Shown here: positions 17,776 to 25,436 of the stretch, piece after piece
How the letters are laid out: every line of letters begins with the position of its first letter
Numbering within the stretch: the stretch's first letter is position 1
Source of the DNA: a virus
IMG/VR virus record: IMGVR_UViG_3300050490_000084
Direction: 5' to 3' (one strand)
Length of the DNA stretch: 64,000 nt
Position numbers and translations under genes: made by a program
The notes under the pieces: generated by a model
Told to the model about the DNA's origin: nothing
The model's input: the letters and a program-made list of their open reading frames with translations, nothing else
Database searches by the model: none

Positions 17776-17850
17776 GCGCTCCTAGCTCAGTTGGTAGAGC
17801 GCCCGGTGTAAGCAATCGGGAGGTCAATGGTTCGAAACCATTGGAGCGCA
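17776..17850 (+). tRNA. tRNA-like RNA with 9-nt anticodon loop (central AAG)
   Basis: Acceptor GCGCTCC/GGAGCGC, same D-arm, stem CCCGG/TCGGG, loop TGTAAGCAA, T-arm AATGG-TTCGAAA-CCATT; no encoded CCA. Confidence 0.75.
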
Positions 17851-17869
17851 CGAAGCGAAAGGACACGCC

Positions 17870-18295
17870 ATGCAAAAGCTCTATGTCGTCACGCGGTCAA
17901 ACCTGAGTCCCGGCGCGATCGTCGCGCAGTCCTGTCACGCCGTGAGCGCCTTCGCGGTACGCTTTCCCGATGAGCATCGCACCTGGCACGCGCACGGCCA
18001 GAACCTCGTCGTGCTCGCTACTCCCGACGAGTCAGCGCTCGATTGGCTGATCCGCGCACTCGAGGGCGTGCACCATATCCCGTGCGCGGCGTTCTTCGAG
18101 CCCGATCTCGACCACGCGCTCACGGCGTTCGCGGTGAGTGACCGAGCGGCGAAGCTGCTCTCGCAGCTGCCGCTCGCTTTGCGAGCTCCGCGCTGCTCGG
18201 ACTGCAAGGAAGGCCAGCTCGTCCCATCTGCGCGCGCTGCGCCTAGTAGTGATCTCCGCCGAAGATGTGACCGTCACCATGCGATAGCTCGTTAG
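17870..18295 (+). CDS. pth2: peptidyl-tRNA hydrolase II (PTH2)-family protein
   Basis: KLYVVTRSNLSPGAIVAQSCHAV...NLVVL...FFEPDLDHALTAFA pattern; AAGGA RBS. Confidence 0.75.
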   Translation: MQKLYVVTRSNLSPGAIVAQSCHAVSAFAVRFPDEHRTWHAHGQNLVVLATPDESALDWLIRALEGVHHIPCAAFFEPDLDHALTAFAVSDRAAKLLSQLPLALRAPRCSDCKEGQLVPSARAAPSSDLRRRCDRHHAIAR

Positions 18296-18596
18296 CCCAC
18301 TCGCGCGCGGTCACTTTCAAAAACCAGTAAACCTGAGTCGGATCTGGCACGCCGTTGTGCGTGAGCGCCTGCTGGTACTCGCGGGGATCGTCCCATTTTT
18401 CGTTCGGTGATTCGCAACACACGGCGATGAGCTCGTCGTCGGGCACCTCGCGCTTGAAGTCATCGGAAGCGGGACAGCCATCGTAACAACCGTCGCCGTC
18501 GCTAAAGTCAGCGCAGTAGAGTCGGAGCGCTTCCTCTTTGCTCTCGGCCGCGTAGAAGCCGCCCTCGGCGAATTCGTATAGGTGCTTTTCGGTCAT
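18243..18596 (-). CDS. acidic hypothetical protein
   Basis: Coupled ORF. Confidence 0.55.
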   Translation of the reverse strand: MTEKHLYEFAEGGFYAAESKEEALRLYCADFSDGDGCYDGCPASDDFKREVPDDELIAVCCESPNEKWDDPREYQQALTHNGVPDPTQVYWFLKVTAREWANELSHGDGHIFGGDHY

Positions 18597-18853
18597 TGCT
18601 TCGATGCTTTCAAGACACGATCTCGTAATGCGACGTACTCTTTGCCGATCTGAAATAAATCGCCCGCGTAGCGGGTATGCTGCACGAGCTCGCCAGCGAG
18701 AGCGGCTCTAACATATCTCCGAACCGCACCGAGCACCCGTTGCTCCATGGCAGAGAGCTCGTCGTACTCCGCGCGACAGCCAGCGCATCTCTCCGCGCAC
18801 TCCCGGAGCTCCTTGCCCCAGTTACAGGCAGCGGTACAGGTGTGCTCAGACAT
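18593..18853 (-). CDS. hypothetical protein
   Basis: Coupled ORF. Confidence 0.5.
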   Translation of the reverse strand: MSEHTCTAACNWGKELRECAERCAGCRAEYDELSAMEQRVLGAVRRYVRAALAGELVQHTRYAGDLFQIGKEYVALRDRVLKASKQ

Positions 18854-19214
18854 TGGGCTTCTTCACGAGCTCCCGGAGGTAGATCGTGTTTCCTTTCGCG
18901 CTGGGCGAATAGAGCACATCCTTGTAGCGGAGATTGCCGCGGCCGAGGGTTGCGACGACCTTCTCGGCTGCCGCGTCGCGCGTCTTGATGGCGTCGACCA
19001 CCATCTGTCGAGCGCGCGCGACGACCTTGTCGGCCTTCTCCCACTCTTCGAGCAGGCGGCGCTTGGTGGCTTCCGTGGCGAGCTCGGGCTTGGCGGCGAG
19101 CGCGAGTGCTTCGAGCCGATCTTTGCCGCTCGGCTTCGGTTCGGGGGCAAGTGCTTGGGCGAGATCTTGGCGGTTCTCACTCATGTTTTTCTGGATCCTG
19201 ATGGGCGCGTTCAC
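18846..19214 (-). CDS. coiled-coil hypothetical protein
   Basis: ORF at a divergent junction. Confidence 0.6.
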   Translation of the reverse strand: MNAPIRIQKNMSENRQDLAQALAPEPKPSGKDRLEALALAAKPELATEATKRRLLEEWEKADKVVARARQMVVDAIKTRDAAAEKVVATLGRGNLRYKDVLYSPSAKGNTIYLRELVKKPNV

Positions 19215-19300
19215 GGTGGGATACCACTACGATGCCATCACGGTGCTGTCAATGTTAGAATTTGCGCCCCGAGGCGGCGGCGCGGTAAGATCCCGGCGCG

Positions 19301-19600
19301 ATGCAAATCCAACACCCGAATGTCTCTTGGGTCCTCTGCGGGCAATCCATCGGCGGCAGCAGCTGGCAATGCTCCTGCCAAGTGTGCGGCGCACAGATGG
19401 GATCTTTTGGATCTGCTCAGGCAGCAGACGCCTTCGCGCGAGTGCACTCGGCGCATCAGAGCGCGAGCCCAACGCACTACGGGCTCGGAGATCTGATTGC
19501 TAAGGCGACGAGCGCAGTCGGGATCAAACCGTGCTCTCCGTGCGAAGCGCGGAGGCGCGCCATGAATGGGGCGTTCCCGCAAGTGCTGCGGAAACGCTGA
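19301..19600 (+). CDS. small Cys-rich protein (GLGD..GIKPCSPCE.RR motif)
   Basis: CQVC and PCSPC motifs; converges on the array's distal end. Confidence 0.55.
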   Translation: MQIQHPNVSWVLCGQSIGGSSWQCSCQVCGAQMGSFGSAQAADAFARVHSAHQSASPTHYGLGDLIAKATSAVGIKPCSPCEARRRAMNGAFPQVLRKR

Positions 19601-19619
19601 TCGATCTGCTCCACGAGCA

Positions 19620-21274
19620 GTCCCGGCTTCCGTCGGCGCCGAGCTGCCTCCACACGCTTTTTATCCGCGTTGCACCACCGACAGAGAATCTGGATCCCGG
19701 CTTCCGTCGGCGCCGAGCTGCCTCCACACACCTGGGGGAGCGACGAGAAGCCTAAGAGCAAGAAGGTCTCGGCTTCCGTCGGCGCCGAGCTGCCTCCACA
19801 CAGAGACCATCGGACTCATGCCGCGTCTGACCATCGCCGTCTCGGCTTCCGTCGGCGCCGAGCTGCCTCCACACCCTCGTGAACGCAAGGAAACGAAAAT
19901 GTCCGATTATAGTCTCGGCTTCTATCGGCGCCGAGCTGCCTCCACGCCACGCACAAGCGCGCGGACTGCTATGCGATGACATGTCTCGACTTCCATCGGC
20001 GCCGAGCTGCCTCCACACTTCGCAGAAGCGGTCAATTGCGTGGTCGCCGGACTCGTCCCGGCTTCCATCGGCGCCGAGCTGCCTCCACACGCCGTCGGGC
20101 GAGCGCCGCACGCTCTGCATCGTGAGTCCCGGCTTCCATCGGCACCGAGCTACCTCCACACGCGCTCTTTTTTATCCGCATTGCACCACCGGCAGAGAAT
20201 CTGGGTCCCGGACTTCCGTCGGCGCCGAGCTGCCTCTACACCGCGAGGAGTGACCTGCACACCCGACCTCCGGGCCCCGTCCCGGCTTCCGTCGGCGCCG
20301 AGCTGCCTCCACATCGGACCACGGCTCGGACAAACCGGTTGGGTGCTTATCGTCCCGGCTTCCGTCGGCGCCGAGCTGCCTCCACACCGGATCGTCCCCC
20401 GGCGTGGCTGCGTGTGGACTCGACCCGTCTCAGCTTCCGTCGGCGCCGAGCTGCCTCCACACTCGCGTGCACCGAACCGCGACGAATCGGAACTGCTTGT
20501 CTCAGCTTCTGCCGGCGCTGAGCTACCTCTACACAAGCGCCAGGGATCCAGGTGATTCGTCCCGGGTGTCTCGACTTCAGTAGGCGCCGAGCTGCCTCCA
20601 TACTCCTCCGCTAGGCTGCGCAAGGGGTCGTCGCGAGATCGTCGCGTCTCGGCTTCTATCGGCACCGAGCTGCCTCCACACCGCGCCGACGAGTAGGTCG
20701 CGCCCTCGCCCGCCCAGCAGTGTCTCAGTTTCCATCGGCACCGAGCTGCCTCCACACGTTCCGGTCAAAGTCCTGGCAAATGATGTACTTGAGCCGTCTC
20801 AGTTTCCATCGGCACCGAGCTGCCTCCACACGCAGGAGGACTTTCCACTCAGTCCGACGCGGGGCGGCTGTCTCAGTTTCCATCGGCACCGAGCTGCCTC
20901 CACACCGCGCTCCCTGGTGCACCTGCTCCGCCCGCACCTGTCTCAGTTTCCATCGGCACCGAGCTGCCTCCACCCCCCCCCTCACGAGCGAAGGGCTCGC
21001 GCATGACGCGACGAAGGTCTCAGTTTCCATCGGCACCGAGCTGCCTCCACACTTTCCTGCCCCCTGACGAGGTCGCTGTGCTGCATGAGTCTCAGTTTCC
21101 ATCGGCACCGAGCTGCCTCCACACACTTGGCGCAGCTGCTCCGCGTCGGCGCGCACCAGCGGCAAGGTCTCAGTTTCCATCGGCACCGAGCTGCCTCCAC
21201 ACACCCGAATCCTCGCGCATGCCGCGCTCACTGCAAATGTCTCAGTTTCCATCGGCACCGAGCTGCCTCCACAC
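19620..21274 (-). CRISPR. CRISPR array: 23 repeats (36 nt; one of 37 nt) and 22 spacers of 33-43 nt
   Basis: Minus-strand repeat GTGTGGAGGCAGCTCGGTGCCGATGGAAACTGAGAC (leader-proximal) and GTGTGGAGGCAGCTCGGCGCCGACGGAAGCCG(A/G)GAC (distal); uniform near 21274, degenerate distally. Confidence 0.98.
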
Positions 21275-21343
21275 CGGTTCAATTGTCACAGAACAATTCC
21301 GCCCACTTACCGGACGACTTGCGAGCGCCTCGAAAACTATCGC
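21275..21343 (-). promoter_or_regulatory. putative CRISPR leader
   Basis: 69-nt, AT-richer gap between the effector stop and the most uniform repeats; contains GATAGTTTTCGAGG, identical to 30622-30635. Confidence 0.55.
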
Positions 21344-22810
21344 CTACTCAGCCGCGTCGAGTAGCTGATTCTTCGCGTTATTTGCATCCTGATCCCAGGC
21401 AGCACCGCAGCTCTCGCAATCATGACGAAGCTCGCGCGCCTTGTCCCATTTGCAGAGCGCCCCACAGGCATGGCAAGTGAGCGTGCGCTTGGCGGGCTTG
21501 AGCACCTCACATCGCGCGCCGAAGACGCTCTGGATCTCTAAGCGCAAGCAATGCGGGCCCACCAAAAACCGGTAGTGCCGCGCTGCCGGAATGTCATCCT
21601 CGCTTGGTGTCCGCTTGACGACGCTCCGCATATCGAAGGCCTCGATGATGACCGAGTCATAGCTCGCGGCGAGCTTGCGCGCCCAGAGTCGATAGATCTC
21701 TCGGCGAGCGCGCAGCACGGAAGCATACTCGTCCCGCTCCCACTGGTAGAGGTGCCGATCACGGCGAGCCCAGTGCTCAGCATCCGTTCCATCTCGCTTT
21801 GCCGCTTGCTCCATCGTAAACCACTCGCGCCCGAGTTCACGGTGAATCGCGTCGGGATCCGCGAGCGCGGAGCAGCGTGCTTTTGTTCTGCGGGCGGCAT
21901 CTCCGAGGTAGGCGGCCGCGATCTCATCGGCGAGGCTCCGCAATGACTCGGCATGCTTCTGCCGCCCGAGCAGCGCATCAGGGAACACGCAACTCGTCTC
22001 GTTCCCGTCGTCGTCCACCGCGTACGCGACGCGGATGCCGCCCGGCACCCGGCGCCAGCCGAAGTTGACCGCGCAGCGGCCGAGGCCGCCCTGGGCGACG
22101 TGCACGCGCGGCGCTGCGTCGATGGTCAAATGTACGGAGTAAGTCCACCGATCTCCGATGCGATCGATCACGAGCCGCGCGAAGATCACCCGCACGTCAT
22201 AGGGCACGCCCTCCTTCTCGGCGCGCTCGGGGAGCGGCCGGTGATAAACGATGGGCACCTCAAGCGAGAGCCCCTCCCGCAACCGGAGCGTGACCGTGCG
22301 GTGCTTCCCGTCGCCCGAGATTTGCACCGGGCCCGGCTTCGTGAGCACGGCGCTTGCCTTGAGCCCGGTTGCCCCCTGCACCGTCGCTGCCAGGATCCCC
22401 TCCCCATCGAAGCGCCGGTGCCGCGGGCGCGCGCAAGTCATGACGCGCTTCAAAAAATCATAGCCCTTCTTCGAAGCCCGCTGCCGCGCCTTGAACTCAT
22501 CCGAACGCCGCGTCTTCATGGCAGCCGCCACCATCTCCGTCACGGCTTGCTTTTGGCCCCAGCCGATCGGCGTCGCGGCCCCGGCCGCGCGGCACGCGGC
22601 GTTGTAGGCCAGCCGATGCTCGGTCTTTTGCTCGTCGGAGAGCGGAGCGGATTGCGCGAGCTCGACGATGTCTCGCGCGGCGATGCGCCAGCGCTCGATC
22701 TCGATGAGCGCGTTGTAGAAGGCGTTCGAGTGGCGCTGGTACTGAAGCAGATCTTCGAAGGTGCCGCCGATGACCTTGGGTTTCAGCGCGCCGTATTTGT
22801 AAACGATCAT
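21344..22810 (-). CDS. cas12m: compact type V-M (V-U1) Cas12m-like effector, probably nuclease-deficient
   Basis: RHRRFDGEG, VYHRPLP, RuvC-I AVNFGWR (N249), RuvC-II IIE390, Zn finger C446/449/465/468, RuvC-III WDQD475; adjacent array; motifs parallel Cas12m as I recall it (RHHRFDG, ALHLGWR, YDQD). Confidence 0.85.
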   Translation of the reverse strand: MIVYKYGALKPKVIGGTFEDLLQYQRHSNAFYNALIEIERWRIAARDIVELAQSAPLSDEQKTEHRLAYNAACRAAGAATPIGWGQKQAVTEMVAAAMKTRRSDEFKARQRASKKGYDFLKRVMTCARPRHRRFDGEGILAATVQGATGLKASAVLTKPGPVQISGDGKHRTVTLRLREGLSLEVPIVYHRPLPERAEKEGVPYDVRVIFARLVIDRIGDRWTYSVHLTIDAAPRVHVAQGGLGRCAVNFGWRRVPGGIRVAYAVDDDGNETSCVFPDALLGRQKHAESLRSLADEIAAAYLGDAARRTKARCSALADPDAIHRELGREWFTMEQAAKRDGTDAEHWARRDRHLYQWERDEYASVLRARREIYRLWARKLAASYDSVIIEAFDMRSVVKRTPSEDDIPAARHYRFLVGPHCLRLEIQSVFGARCEVLKPAKRTLTCHACGALCKWDKARELRHDCESCGAAWDQDANNAKNQLLDAAE

Positions 22811-22839
22811 GATTGGTCCTATTTGCCCAAAAAGTTGCG

Positions 22840-22987
22840 GTCTCGGATTCAGTCGGCTCCGAGCTGCCTCTGCACAGATTCGTCAGCCAAAGTCCTTCGG
22901 GTCTCGGCTTCTATCGGCGCCGAGCTGCCTCAAATCTCTTCCATGACCCGGGTCTCGGCTTCTATCGGCGCCGAGCTGCCTCAAATC
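22840..22987 (-). CRISPR. 3-repeat mini-array upstream of the effector gene
   Basis: Repeats at 22840-22875, 22901-22936 and 22952-22987, same family with altered 5' ends; spacers of 25 and 15 nt. Confidence 0.85.
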
Positions 22988-23805
22988 TCTCGCCCGTCAT
23001 CGGGGATCGCTCGCACGTAGGACTCCTTCCCCGGCGTCGCCACGAAGAGCGCGAGCGTGAGCATCTCCTCGGCTGCCGGGATCGTCCAGTCATGCACGCA
23101 GAGCGGGTACCCCGCAGTCAGATCGTACAGACTCCGAAAGCTCTGGTGCGTGGGCACCCGCGATCGCACGTACTGAGGAGCGTTCCGGGAGGTGATCACG
23201 TACAGGTGCCCGGTGTCGGCGCCGCGCTGCAGGAACGATTGCTCGGCGTTGAAGTCCCTGAGCTGATCCGGATTCAGGAAGCTCCGGAGCACGCGGGTCG
23301 CGCGGTGATCGATGGCCTCGAAGTCGGGGGGCGGGCAGCCTTGCGTGGGAGCCGCGACCGTGACGGCCGCGGTCGGCTGGGGCTTCTGCTCGATCTCGGC
23401 CGCTGGCTCTTCCCGCTCAGGCTCTGCATCCAAGATCCCGGCGAGCTTTTCCGTCACCTCTTCGATGACGCCGTTCTTGTAGCGCACGACCGAGAGTAGA
23501 TCTCGACCGGGCTTCATGGGCTTCGCCAGCGCCTTCTGCACTTTGCTGATCGGTGCGCCGATGACGACCGCTTGCTCGGAGAGCGCATCGAGATCGAGCC
23601 TCTGGAGCGCTTCCTGATTACCCCACGGCGCCTTGGTCAGGCCGCTCCGCTTCGCCTCTACCTGCAAGGCTTTCATCGCCACCTTCTCGGTGGAGGACAG
23701 GCCGACGATCACGACCCGCGTCTCCCCATTGCTCACTCTCTCCAAGCGAATGTCCCCGTAGAAGCTCGGCAGATACCACGTGAGTGTCGGGCGCGGGTGA
23801 TTCAT
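22981..23805 (-). CDS. hypothetical protein
   Basis: MNHPRP start with AAGGA RBS; ends inside the first mini-array repeat. Confidence 0.65.
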   Translation of the reverse strand: MNHPRPTLTWYLPSFYGDIRLERVSNGETRVVIVGLSSTEKVAMKALQVEAKRSGLTKAPWGNQEALQRLDLDALSEQAVVIGAPISKVQKALAKPMKPGRDLLSVVRYKNGVIEEVTEKLAGILDAEPEREEPAAEIEQKPQPTAAVTVAAPTQGCPPPDFEAIDHRATRVLRSFLNPDQLRDFNAEQSFLQRGADTGHLYVITSRNAPQYVRSRVPTHQSFRSLYDLTAGYPLCVHDWTIPAAEEMLTLALFVATPGKESYVRAIPDDGREI

Positions 23806-24451
23806 TGATGTCGTCCTTTCCAATCAGATCAATGTAGGTTTCGATTTGTTTTTCGACGCGAGCGAGCAGCGTCGCATCCTTCGGGTCTTGGAGCGCCGAG
23901 CGGGCGCGGAAGAGCTCATTGAGCTCGACGTAGAGATCGAGGCGCCTCGCAGAAGGATCCTTCTCCTTCTTATGCGCCTTCTCTTTCTTCTGGTCCTCGA
24001 ACCACCCCGCCACCATCGTCAACATGTCACGCTGGAGCGTGACCATGTCGTTCGGGCGGGGCTGAAGCATGCGTCCGCCGCCGGGCAGATCAACGCCGAG
24101 GCCGTAATCGCCGACGCCATTGAGGATGGCGTAGTCCTGTTGCTCGCCGACATAGCCGTCTACTTCGCCGCCGCCCTGAGCGATGTACTGCCCCTCGGGA
24201 CCTAGGCCGCCAGCAAGCGCATTCTGATGATTCTCTTGGGCGCGGAGACGTTGGGCCTCGCGCACGCTCGTCACGAGCTCGGTCGAGATCTTCTGACCCA
24301 TCACGCACAGCCGAGAAGCGCGCCCAAAGCGCCCCGGATCGCTGCTCGCGAGCAGCGCCGTCACCGCGTCGCTCATCGCGCTCAGCACTCCGCGGAATTT
24401 CTCTTCGATGGGTGAGTGAGACGGCGGCGATGGGATCGTTTCTTCAGCCAT
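23618..24451 (-). CDS. hypothetical protein
   Basis: Long ORF; the C-terminal ~60 codons overlap the next gene. Confidence 0.6.
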   Translation of the reverse strand: MAEETIPSPPSHSPIEEKFRGVLSAMSDAVTALLASSDPGRFGRASRLCVMGQKISTELVTSVREAQRLRAQENHQNALAGGLGPEGQYIAQGGGEVDGYVGEQQDYAILNGVGDYGLGVDLPGGGRMLQPRPNDMVTLQRDMLTMVAGWFEDQKKEKAHKKEKDPSARRLDLYVELNELFRARSALQDPKDATLLARVEKQIETYIDLIGKDDINESPAPDTHVVSAELLRGHSLGESEQWGDAGRDRRPVLHREGGDESLAGRGEAERPDQGAVG

Positions 24452-24520
24452 GACAAGTCTTCTCGCGCATGACGCGCTTCAATCCGTACCTACGTTGCCC
24501 CGCCAGAAACCTTCCCCGTT

Positions 24521-24742
24521 TTACCCAGCGAGACGACCGACTTCGTGATCGATCTTCAGCTGCGCCGCGATCATCCACCTGCCGGTGTAGATCAGGAAAG
24601 CGTGCATGCGCTTCGGGTTGTTCCGGTAGCGCCGCTCGAGATCTTCTCGCGTCTCGAGAGCGAGATCTTCGATCGCCGTCCATGGCCATTCCCCGAACAT
24701 CCACTTCTCGAGCTGGATGATCTGGCCATCCCCGGTGATCAT
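24521..24742 (-). CDS. hypothetical protein
   Basis: Coupled ORF. Confidence 0.45.
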   Translation of the reverse strand: MITGDGQIIQLEKWMFGEWPWTAIEDLALETREDLERRYRNNPKRMHAFLIYTGRWMIAAQLKIDHEVGRLAG

Positions 24743-24933
24743 CGCGCGCGCGCCACCTTCGCGGGCGCCGCGTCCCGCGTGGCCCGCAGCCCCTTGATCA
24801 AGATCTCCGTGTACGGCACCGCCCGCCCTTCCGCCTCAGAGCTCTCGACCTTGCAGGCCTTCAGGTACTCGTAGTCCGGCTGCCGGAGCCGGACCGTGAT
24901 CGTGTGGTAGGGTTTCTTCGTCGCTTTCGCCAT
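24739..24933 (-). CDS. putative ribbon-helix-helix DNA-binding protein
   Basis: Alternating TITVRL strand followed by two helices (PDYEYLKAC..PYTEILIKGL). Confidence 0.5.
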   Translation of the reverse strand: MAKATKKPYHTITVRLRQPDYEYLKACKVESSEAEGRAVPYTEILIKGLRATRDAAPAKVARAR

Positions 24934-24995
24934 GCAGTCACCGTGCTATCACGATGCTAGCAGCGGATCAAGCCTTGGGGTATGAACGATCGCCC

Positions 24996-25436
24996 ATGAA
25001 TCCACAGCCAGAACAAATCTACGGCCTCTGGCACAACGGCTGGTGCGGGCTGCTTACGTCGAGGAACCCCGATAGACTCGGCTACGGCTATTCAGGGACC
25101 GAGGCCGAGGCGCGCGCGGGGCAAGAGCAGTTCGTGCTCGAAGGCGCCTCGGCTTGTGAGTACCTCGTCATGGCATTCGATCCAAACCGCGACCCTGAGA
25201 CCAAACCGGGCAAACCGTCCCCCGCGCAACTGAAATTATTGAGGTTCGTGAGTGAGCACGGGACTATCAATGCGTCGTGGGCTTCCCGTAAAACCATCGA
25301 CGTGATCTTCGATCGCGGCTGGGTGACCCACAACATCACTGCCGACGGACAAGAGGGCAGGCCCTTGCTGCGCTTCACCGCTGCGGGGCGCAGGGTTCTA
25401 GAGGCCGCCACCGGACACGCTACAGGGCCCCGCTAA
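24996..25436 (+). CDS. hypothetical protein, possible C-terminal winged helix
   Basis: SPAQLKLLRFV...TIDVIFDRGWV. Confidence 0.5.
   Translation: MNPQPEQIYGLWHNGWCGLLTSRNPDRLGYGYSGTEAEARAGQEQFVLEGASACEYLVMAFDPNRDPETKPGKPSPAQLKLLRFVSEHGTINASWASRKTIDVIFDRGWVTHNITADGQEGRPLLRFTAAGRRVLEAATGHATGPR

Noticed and set aside
19656-19693. Spacer 1/8 as a tRNA 3' end (…GCACCA)
   Set aside because: No valid T-loop and wrong spacing for T-stem plus acceptor strand
19477-21480. Numerous ORFs across the CRISPR array (WRQLGADGSR / CGGSSVPMET repeats)
   Set aside because: They are translations of the 36-nt repeats, not proteins
21344-22810. Effector as an IS200/IS605 TnpB transposon gene
   Set aside because: No TnpA or IS ends seen, RuvC-I Asp is absent, and it is flanked on both sides by cognate CRISPR repeats
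23618-23805. 188-nt overlap of ORF 23618-24451 with the next gene as a dual-coding region
   Set aside because: The overlapping tail looks like non-conserved read-through; a lost stop or a 1-nt error is simpler and cannot be tested here
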